Shown: in pieces, positions 10,566-17,398 of the stretch
Layout: every line of letters begins with the position of its first letter
Numbering within the stretch: the first letter of the stretch is position 1
Assembly: GCA_963826525.1 (NCBI GenBank)
Contig: CAWGXH010000006.1
Location: 1 to 26,319 of the forward strand
From: an uncultured Methanomicrobiaceae archaeon
GTDB taxonomy: Archaea; Halobacteriota; Methanomicrobia; Methanomicrobiales; Methanoculleaceae
DNA length: 26,319 nucleotides
Reading direction: 5' to 3'
Program-made: the position numbers and the translations under genes
The notes under the pieces: model-generated
Seen by the model: only the letters and a program-made list of their open reading frames with translations
Database searches by the model: none
Told to the model about the DNA's origin: nothing

Positions 10566-11348
10566 CCTTCCAGTCTCCAGCGCCCGGGCAGGGTCGGTTT
10601 CGTCATGCACTACCCGGCAGATCGCCCGGATGAACTGGCGCGGATTATCGCGCTGGAACGCGTTCCTGCCCATGCAGACGCCGGCGGATCCGGCCGCCAC
10701 GGCCTCCCCGAGGGTCGTCAGCGTCTCGATATCGCCGCCCTTCTCGCCGCCCGCGACCATCACGGGAACCGAGCATGCATCGGTGATCCGGCGGAACGAT
10801 GCCGCATCCCCGGTGTAGTTCGTCTTGATCAGGTCGGCGCCGAGTCCTTCCGCCACCCGGACACAGTGCCCGATCGCCTTCGGGGACGTGGGATCGATCC
10901 CTTCGCCGCGGGGGTAGATCATAATGAGCAGCGGCATTCCCCAGCAGTTGCACTCTTTCGATACCTGCCCCGCCGACTCGAGCATCCGTGATTCGTTCGG
11001 CGCCCCGAGATTGATGTGGATCGAGACCGCATCCGCACCGAGGGCGACCGCCTCCTCGACGGTGCAGACGAGCACTTTGTCGTTCGGGTCGGGGTTCATC
11101 GAGGTGCTCGCCGAGAGATGGACGATGAGCCCGATATCCCGCCCATGCTTCCGGTGGCCGCCCTTCACCATCCCCTTATGGAGGACGATGGCATTTGCAC
11201 CCGCTTCGCTGACCTCGGAGACAATCTCCGTCATGTTGCGGAGCCCCTCGATCTGTCCGAGCGTAAACCCGTGATCCATGGGGATGATCACCGATCGTCC
11301 CGTATTCCGGTTCATGATTCGTTCAAGACGTATCTCTTTTCCTATCAT
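10562..11348 (-). CDS. aroA': ADH synthase (class I DhnA-type aldolase, MJ0400/AroA' family), paralog 2
   Basis: MIGKEIRLERIMNRNTG, PMDHG, HLSASTS, ADAVSIHINLG, YPRG, GADLIKTNYTGD, AGG and GRNAFQ. The 3' end is uncertain: either a fusion to aroB' or an ATGA overlap. Confidence 0.88.
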
Positions 11349-11353
11349 CTCTT

Positions 11354-12145
11354 TCACGCCCTCAGGATCTCGATTGCTTCGTGTGCCGGTTTTCCTTCGT
11401 GTACGATGAGCGCCGCTGCCCTTATCAGTTTCTCCGGAGCGGGATGCTGGAACGCATTCCTCCCGATGGAGATGCCGGCAGCACCGCCCTCCATCGCCCC
11501 CTCGATCAGTTCGAGGATGGCCATATCGTCGGTCTTCGACCCGCCGGCGACGACCACCGGGACCGGGCACCCCCGCGTGACCTCGCGGAAACTGTCGGGG
11601 TCGCCGGTGTAGACGGTCTTGACGATATCGGCGCCGAGCTCCGCCGCCACCCGGGCGGCGAGTTTGACGTGTTCGACGTCGTGCTCGTCCGCGATCTTGG
11701 CACCGCGGGGGTACATCATCGCAAGCAGCGGCATCCCCCACTCCATGCACTCGATCGCCACCCGTCCGAGGTCTTCGAGCATCTTGGCCTCCGAGTTCGC
11801 ACCGACATTGATGTGCACCGAGACACCGTCCGCCCCCATTTTGAGGGCGTTCGTGACGGTATTGACGAGCACCTTATCGTTCGGGTCGGGTCCGACGGCG
11901 GTGCTCGCCGAGAGGTGGAGGATGAGCCCGACATCTCTGCCGTGCCGCCGGTGACCATGCAGGGCAAGCCCCATATGCCCGATCACCACGTTTGCCCCGC
12001 CCCCCGCCACGAGGTCGATGGTCTTTCCTAGATCTATCAGTCCCGGGATTGGCCCGACCGTTACACCGTGATCCATCGGTACGATGATGGTCTTTCCGGT
12101 ATTACGATCCATGATACGTTCCATGCGAATTTCTTTTCCTCTCAT
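11354..12145 (-). CDS. aroA': ADH synthase (AroA' family), paralog 1; first gene of the operon
   Basis: MRGKEIRMERIMDRNTG, PMDHG, HLSAST, GADIVKTVYTGD (Schiff-base Lys) and GRNAFQH. GAGGAG RBS upstream. Confidence 0.92.
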   Translation of the reverse strand: MRGKEIRMERIMDRNTGKTIIVPMDHGVTVGPIPGLIDLGKTIDLVAGGGANVVIGHMGLALHGHRRHGRDVGLILHLSASTAVGPDPNDKVLVNTVTNALKMGADGVSVHINVGANSEAKMLEDLGRVAIECMEWGMPLLAMMYPRGAKIADEHDVEHVKLAARVAAELGADIVKTVYTGDPDSFREVTRGCPVPVVVAGGSKTDDMAILELIEGAMEGGAAGISIGRNAFQHPAPEKLIRAAALIVHEGKPAHEAIEILRA

Positions 12146-12196
12146 AATCAGAACTCCTCATCCGGCACGTCAGCGATTCTGGTGTAGAATTACGCT

Positions 12197-12373
12197 TCAG
12201 TTCCAGGGATAATAACTAAAAGTGCCAAAAAAGCGGAAATAACTGCAAATAGGCAGGCACCATCCGGTAGTGGAGCGAACCTGCGGAAGAAGTGCGTTGT
12301 TCAGGCCTGCACGGCGGATGGATCCTTCGCTACCAGTGATAAAAGCATTCACCGGCGAAAAAACATTCACCAC
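12197..12373 (-). CDS. Putative aromatic-rich leader peptide of the aro operon (58 aa, GTG start)
   Basis: Manual translation gives (M)VNVFSPVNAFITGSEGSIRRAGLNNALLPQVRSTTGWCLPICSYFRFFGTFSYYPWN*. Nine of the last 21 residues are F/Y/W. It stops 51 nt before aroA'. Confidence 0.45.
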   Translation of the reverse strand: MVNVFSPVNAFITGSEGSIRRAGLNNALLPQVRSTTGWCLPICSYFRFFGTFSYYPWN

Positions 12374-12377
12374 GCAT
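12330..12377 (-). CDS. Alternative leaderless uORF MRGECFFAGECFYHW
   Basis: The ATG lies about 25 nt downstream of the TATA box, near the expected TSS. Five of 15 residues are aromatic. Confidence 0.35.
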   Translation of the reverse strand: MRGECFFAGECFYHW

Positions 12378-12401
12378 TGGTACTATCATATTTCGTCCAT
12401 C

Positions 12402-12410
12402 TATAAAAAG
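12402..12410 (-). promoter_or_regulatory. Putative TATA box of the aro operon
   Basis: The minus strand reads CTTTTTATA(G). It is the best TATA match between aMBF1 and aroA' and implies a ~230-nt 5' leader. Confidence 0.6.
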
Positions 12411-12517
12411 GTAAGCACGCAGGATGAGAAATGGCGAGGGGAAAAGGGACACAACCCTTTCCCGATAACGATCGACGCTACTCCATTGTTTCCGGAAAAA
12501 GACTCTGTTTCTGCCGG

Positions 12518-13015
12518 TTACTTCCGGATCTTCTTAAAGGAGATGACATCCCCGACGGTCGTCGTCATTCTGCCGCCGCCGCGGGACTCGGTCTCGTCGG
12601 CAGCGGAGTCGATCAACTTGATGCCGAGCGCCTGCTCGAGCTTTTTCCGAACGGCGTCCTCCGGAATGAGATCGCCCTTCTCGATCTTCTTGATCAGGAT
12701 CTCACGCTCTTTCGTCGCGTGAGCAAGATCCAGTGTAGACCATCCCTTCTCCTCCCGGGCAGCGCGAATCCGCTCGCGGTAGTCGTCGACGATATCGCCC
12801 TCGATCAGGTCGAAGACATCCCTCGGCCTTCTCCGGGGCTGCGGCGTCGAGACCGCCGGTGTTCCCGGCCTTCGCACAGGAGCACCGCCTCGCCGTGCTT
12901 GCTGGACTTCCTTACCGTATTTTGCACATTTGATGCATACACAGAGTTCTGCACCTTCAACCTGGACTGTCTTTGACGGTCCGTGGATAGGAGCGCCGCA
13001 TAATTCACATTGCAT
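12518..13015 (-). CDS. mbf1: Archaeal multiprotein bridging factor aMBF1 (Zn ribbon + HTH)
   Basis: [23 protein letters not shown] Zn ribbon, [26 protein letters not shown], and a C-terminal TVGD motif. Divergent from pan. Confidence 0.93.
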   Translation of the reverse strand: MQCELCGAPIHGPSKTVQVEGAELCVCIKCAKYGKEVQQARRGGAPVRRPGTPAVSTPQPRRRPRDVFDLIEGDIVDDYRERIRAAREEKGWSTLDLAHATKEREILIKKIEKGDLIPEDAVRKKLEQALGIKLIDSAADETESRGGGRMTTTVGDVISFKKIRK

Positions 13016-13072
13016 GATTCTCGCAAAGAACTTTATATCCATTTTACCCTATATAATTATTCGAGGAGACCT
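13016..13072. promoter_or_regulatory. Compact divergent promoter region mbf1/pan
   Basis: 57-bp AT-rich spacer with CTTTATAT (13031-13038) and TATATAAT (13050-13057), and a GAGGAG RBS before pan. Confidence 0.6.
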
Positions 13073-14311
13073 ATGGGAGATATTGCTCGGCAAGCGCCAG
13101 ACAAGGATACCGGTGAAGATCTTTACCAGTACCTGCTTGAACGGATAACCAACCTCGAAAACCGAAATCTGGAACTGCGGGAGCAGTTCAGGCAGATGGA
13201 GTCTGAAAAACGCTATATCGAAACCCAGAAGATCCGGTACCAGCGGGAGCTCCGGAAGCTCAAGAGCGAGATCGAGCAGCTCAGGAGCCCCCCCCTCGTA
13301 ATCGGAACGGTCACCGACGTCGTTGACAACAACCGGGTCATCGTGCGGAGCAGTGCAGGCCCGCGGTTCCTCGTCCGCACATCGCAGCTCATCGATCCCG
13401 ATCTCCTCAAGCCGGGTGTGCGGTGTACCTTAAACCAGCAGTCCCTTGCCATCGTCGACATCCTCCCCACGAGTTACGACTCGCAGGTCTACGGCATGGA
13501 ACTTATCGAATCCCCTGAAGAGCGCTACGAGAGTATCGGCGGCCTCGAGCCGCAGATCATAGAGATCCAGGAGGCAGTCGAGCTCCCGCTCACAAAGCCC
13601 CATCTCTTCGAGCAGATCGGCATCGCGCCGCCGAAGGGCGTCCTCCTCTACGGCCCTCCCGGAACCGGGAAGACGCTGCTCGCGCGGGCGGTCGCGCACC
13701 ATACGAACGCGCACTTCCTCCGTGTCGTCGGTTCGGAGCTCGTGCAGAAGTACATCGGCGAGGGGGCGCGGCTCGTGCGCGAACTCTTCGAACTTGCCAA
13801 ACAGAAAGCCCCGTCGATCATCTTCATCGACGAGATCGACGCGATCGGTGCCCACCGGAGCGATTCGACGACCTCGGGAGACCGCGAGGTGCAGCGGACG
13901 CTCATGCAGCTCCTCGCCGAGATGGACGGCTTTGAGAACCGCGGCGATGTCAAGATCATCGGCGCCACCAACCGGATCGATATCCTGGATCGCGCCCTCC
14001 TCCGGCCGGGACGGTTCGACCGGATCATCGAGATTCCGCTCCCCGACCCCCAGGGACGGCTGTCTATCATGAAGATCCACACGAAGGGCATGAACCTCGG
14101 CGAGAACGTCGATCTTGCGGAGGTCGCCCGCCTCACCGAGGGAAAGAACGGTGCCGACCTTCGGGCGGTCTGCATGGAGGCAGGTATGTTCGCGATTCGG
14201 AGCGAGCACGAGACCGTCACGCAGGACGACTTCATGAAAGCGATCGACAAGCTCGCGCTGGACTTCGACAAGCATCACATCAACACCTCGTACGGTGCGA
14301 TGTTTGCCTGA
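13073..14311 (+). CDS. pan: Proteasome-activating nucleotidase, paralog 1
   Basis: Coiled coil, SPPL..OB domain, [42 protein letters not shown]. The C-terminus is AMFA. Confidence 0.96.
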   Translation: MGDIARQAPDKDTGEDLYQYLLERITNLENRNLELREQFRQMESEKRYIETQKIRYQRELRKLKSEIEQLRSPPLVIGTVTDVVDNNRVIVRSSAGPRFLVRTSQLIDPDLLKPGVRCTLNQQSLAIVDILPTSYDSQVYGMELIESPEERYESIGGLEPQIIEIQEAVELPLTKPHLFEQIGIAPPKGVLLYGPPGTGKTLLARAVAHHTNAHFLRVVGSELVQKYIGEGARLVRELFELAKQKAPSIIFIDEIDAIGAHRSDSTTSGDREVQRTLMQLLAEMDGFENRGDVKIIGATNRIDILDRALLRPGRFDRIIEIPLPDPQGRLSIMKIHTKGMNLGENVDLAEVARLTEGKNGADLRAVCMEAGMFAIRSEHETVTQDDFMKAIDKLALDFDKHHINTSYGAMFA

Positions 14312-14319
14312 AGAGATCC

Positions 14320-14326
14320 TTTTTTT
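14320..14326 (+). terminator. Oligo-T terminator after pan
   Basis: A T7 tract begins 8 nt after the stop codon. Confidence 0.55.
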
Positions 14327-14458
14327 CTCCCTATACCTTTTCCAGAGTGCGATACCCGAAAGCTCGCCATACTCACGACCCGGCTCTGTCTGCAGCCTCT
14401 ATCGAGGAATGCCGTCGGGGGCATGAGTGACGTTTATCCGAACCGCAACAGGGGTTTG

Positions 14459-14750
14459 ATCACGAGCACGGCCGTTACCGGCTAATCACATACCAGGGGA
14501 GGGCTCGGGAGGGAGTCTCCCCCGGGGCAGAGGGCTTTGGGACGACCTCATTCGCCACGGGCGACAGGGGGACTCTCGACCCCTCCCGTCGAGGGAGAAC
14601 ACCCCGCAGGTGCGATGCCCGCAAAAGCGTCGAACGTATCGGAGATATGTCGAGGTTGGGAAAAGATTCTGCCGTACAGGCAGAATCACGAGCACGGCGG
14701 CCGTTACCGGCAATCGCATCGCGGGGGAGGGTGCAGAGCCCCCTCCTGCC
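14459..14750. repeat. Two diverged copies of a GC-rich intergenic repeat (REP/MITE-like)
   Basis: ATCACGAGCACG(GCG)GCCGTTACCGGC(T)AATCRCAT occurs at 14459 and 14685. Each copy is followed by GGGGAGGG..CCCCC hairpin-like sequence. Confidence 0.7.
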
Positions 14751-14790
14751 AGAGAGTTTCCGGACGAAACCCGCCCGGAAGAGGAGGCGG

Positions 14791-15234
14791 CTAAAGCTCG
14801 GCGTGCTCGCTCTCCGAGCACCAGACCTCGAGGACGTCGTCCATACCCTCGAGGGAGTCGGCATAACCGTCCCGGTCTCTGCCCGCATCCATCTTCACCG
14901 ACTGGACGAGCCGTCCGTCCTGGATACCGTAGAGCAGGCGATACTCCCAGGGAGCGGCAAGTTTCGTATCCCGCTCATAGACCTGCTTTGCGAGCTCGAA
15001 CGAACAGTACGTCTCCTCAGATAACCGGAAGAGCACCACCTCGACGTAGCGTCGGATATACCAGCGGATCTCCGAGATAATGGAGAGACTGCTGGCGAGG
15101 GATGCCGTCCGGATGAGCACGCCGAACTCAAGACGCGAGGGGTGATAGAACCGGAGCACCCCGCGGCTGGTCTCGGATTTCAAAAGGGTGGCGTAGAGGT
15201 CGACCCCATCTGCCTGAACCAGCAGCACGTCCAT
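14791..15234 (-). CDS. Conserved archaeal protein of unknown function, DUF5804-like
   Basis: VDLYATLLKSETSR..LRFY..TASLASSLSIISEIRWYIRRYV. It starts 1 nt after the stop of pan paralog 2. The family name is from recall, not a search. Confidence 0.7.
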   Translation of the reverse strand: MDVLLVQADGVDLYATLLKSETSRGVLRFYHPSRLEFGVLIRTASLASSLSIISEIRWYIRRYVEVVLFRLSEETYCSFELAKQVYERDTKLAAPWEYRLLYGIQDGRLVQSVKMDAGRDRDGYADSLEGMDDVLEVWCSESEHAEL

Positions 15235-15235
15235 A

Positions 15236-16414
15236 TCAGATATACATCCGGGTATCCTGGGGGGACGCCTTATGCTCCTCGCGTTTTACCTTTTTGATCG
15301 CAGCGGCGAAGTCATGCTGCTCCACCGCTTCAGCATCGCGGCGGACTGCTATCATGCCGGCTTCGCGGGCGACTGCCTGCAGTTCCGCACCGGTGGTCTT
15401 CTCGGTCTGGCCGACGATCGCTTCGAGGTCCACATCCTTCATCGTCATCTTTGCCGTGTGGATCTTTAAGATCTCGCGCCGTGAATCCGCATCGGGGAGA
15501 GGCACCTGTATGATCCGGTCGAACCGTCCCGGCCGGAGGAGGGCAGGGTCGAGCATATCGATCCGGTTGGTCGCAGCCATGATCCGCACGTTTCCGCGGT
15601 TGCCGAACCCGTCCATCTCGGCGAGGAGCTGCATGAGCGTCCGCTGCACCTCTGCGCTTCCGCTCGTTCCGTCGTGCATCCGCATGCTGCCGATAGCATC
15701 GATCTCGTCGATGAAGACGATCGACGGTGCACGTTCCCGTGCAAGGATGAAGAGCTCGCGCACGAGCTGTGCCCCTTCACCGATGTACTTGTGCACGAGT
15801 TCACTCCCGGACATCCTGATGAACCGGGCATTCGAGTTGTGGGCGACCGCCTTTGCGATCAGCGTCTTTCCGGTTCCGGGCGGGCCGTAGAGGAGGATGC
15901 CTTTCGGGGGCTCGACGCCGATCCGCTCATAGATCTCGGGCTTTGTCAGCGGATACTCGACCGCCTCGCGAACCTCTTCGATCTCTTCCTTGAGGCCGCC
16001 GACCTGCTCGAACGTGACGTCCGGCTGCTCTTCGAGCTCCATGACGCGGATCCGGGAGTCGAAGACGTTCCCGATGATCTTGACGATGGAGAGCGTGTTA
16101 TTGACGGCAACCTTTGTGCCCGGTTTGAGGGTGCGGTGCAGTTTCTCATTCACCGACGTGACGTATTCCTGATTGTTGCCCTGCTGCCGGAGATATACTT
16201 CACCTTTGTCCAGTACATCGACCACAACGGCAACAAACAGCGGCACACGTTTCAGCTGGCCGTTCTCTTTCCGGAGCTGGACGAGTTCCTTCTCGGCCAG
16301 CTCGTTCTTGAGTTTGAAATCCAGGAGCTGCGCCTTCAGATCCTGAATCTGGAGTGCGAACATGTCGTGCTCGCTGCCAGGGTTGTTGCCAATGGTTTCG
16401 TCCATGGTACTCAT
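15236..16414 (-). CDS. pan: Proteasome-activating nucleotidase, paralog 2
   Basis: Coiled coil plus OB domain, [27 protein letters not shown] and RPGRFDR. Canonical HbYX tail MYI. GGAGA RBS. Confidence 0.95.
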   Translation of the reverse strand: MSTMDETIGNNPGSEHDMFALQIQDLKAQLLDFKLKNELAEKELVQLRKENGQLKRVPLFVAVVVDVLDKGEVYLRQQGNNQEYVTSVNEKLHRTLKPGTKVAVNNTLSIVKIIGNVFDSRIRVMELEEQPDVTFEQVGGLKEEIEEVREAVEYPLTKPEIYERIGVEPPKGILLYGPPGTGKTLIAKAVAHNSNARFIRMSGSELVHKYIGEGAQLVRELFILARERAPSIVFIDEIDAIGSMRMHDGTSGSAEVQRTLMQLLAEMDGFGNRGNVRIMAATNRIDMLDPALLRPGRFDRIIQVPLPDADSRREILKIHTAKMTMKDVDLEAIVGQTEKTTGAELQAVAREAGMIAVRRDAEAVEQHDFAAAIKKVKREEHKASPQDTRMYI

Positions 16415-16450
16415 ATAGTTGTTTCTCCAACCACTTATTAGTGTGGTCGC

Positions 16451-16855
16451 ATGATTCTGAAGGGAAGAGCTATTTCGAAAGGGTCAGGCAGGGGAGAACT
16501 CCTGGTCAGTCCTGAACCGATCTCATTTCTCTCCGGTGTCGACCCGGAGACAGGCGTCGTCATCGAGAAAGGTCATCCGCTCGAGGGCGAGAGTGTTGCC
16601 GGTCGTGTCCTTGCATTCCCGTACGGGAAGGGATCGACGGTCGGTTCGTACGTCATCTATGCGCTGGCGCGAAGCGGCCGGGCTCCCGCTGCTATCATCA
16701 ATACGGAGGCTGAAACGATCATCGCCGTCGGAGCAATCATCGCAGGGATTCCTATGATCGACAGCCTTCCAATGGACATCTGCGATCTTCCGGGCGGCAG
16801 CGTCGTGACGGTCGACGGCGATACCGGCGAGCTCGCCTGCGGCGATGCGACGTGA
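16451..16855 (+). CDS. DUF126/AcnX swivel-domain protein (probable phosphomevalonate dehydratase small subunit)
   Basis: ISFLSGVDPETG..HPLEGESVAGRVLAFP.GKGSTVGSYV..PAAII..VDG motifs. Confidence 0.85.
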   Translation: MILKGRAISKGSGRGELLVSPEPISFLSGVDPETGVVIEKGHPLEGESVAGRVLAFPYGKGSTVGSYVIYALARSGRAPAAIINTEAETIIAVGAIIAGIPMIDSLPMDICDLPGGSVVTVDGDTGELACGDAT

Positions 16856-16907
16856 GAGGTACCGGGCGAAAAACTGATACCATCATGGGTGTCACCGAAG
16901 GATCACG

Positions 16908-17396
16908 ATGAATACGTACCGGCCGAAGACTGCCGAGACCTACTACGACGTCCTGGGCATCACCCGTGAAGCGAGCGCGGGTGAAATTAAAGCCGCATAC
17001 CGGAGCCTCGCCAAACAATATCACCCCGATATCAGCACCGCCCCGGGCGCACAGGAGATCTTCCTGAAGGTTCAGGAGGCGTATGATACCCTCTCCGATC
17101 CCGAGAAGAGGGCGGAGTATGACAGGCTCCTTGCGGCCGGCACTGCCTATTCGGCATACCGCACTCCGGGTGGGGGTGCGTCCGCCGCGTATCGGCAGGC
17201 GAAAGCCCGAACCTACTACTACCACTACTCTCCAGGCGGAGGCTTTTCATCCTCGGAAAACCCTGGAGGAGCCGTCCCCGTCAGTAGGTTCTCCCTCGCA
17301 TGGATTCTGCTCGGCGGCATCCTGATGATCGTCGTGCTCGTCCTGCGGGTGCTGCTCGGGATCCTCTTTGCCGGGAGTATGAAAAAAGAGCGGTAA
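16908..17396 (+). CDS. J-domain (DnaJ-like, class C) protein with C-terminal transmembrane helix
   Basis: [36 protein letters not shown], a G/Y/S-rich linker, and hydrophobic [26 protein letters not shown] followed by KKER. Confidence 0.9.
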   Translation: MNTYRPKTAETYYDVLGITREASAGEIKAAYRSLAKQYHPDISTAPGAQEIFLKVQEAYDTLSDPEKRAEYDRLLAAGTAYSAYRTPGGGASAAYRQAKARTYYYHYSPGGGFSSSENPGGAVPVSRFSLAWILLGGILMIVVLVLRVLLGILFAGSMKKER

Positions 17397-17398
17397 CT

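Noticed and set aside
9015-10991. Long antisense ORFs (658 aa here; also 4487-5533, 13430-14278 and 22927-24303)
   Set aside because: These are shadow ORFs from GC3-biased codon usage of real genes and have no recognisable motifs.
11349-11750. N-terminal extension of the 723-aa ORF
   Set aside because: It is an off-frame overlap with aroA' paralog 1. The real start is MIGKEIR at 11348.
12270-12976. Plus-strand ORFs across the aro leader and mbf1
   Set aside because: They are antisense to mbf1 and have no protein-like features.
14459-14715. CRISPR array
   Set aside because: There are only two imperfect copies, 226 bp apart, and no cas genes.
14330-14790. RNase P RNA, SRP RNA or tRNA
   Set aside because: No GAGGAAAGUCC/AACAGAA P4 motifs, no SRP helix-8 motif and no cloverleaf were found on either strand by eye.
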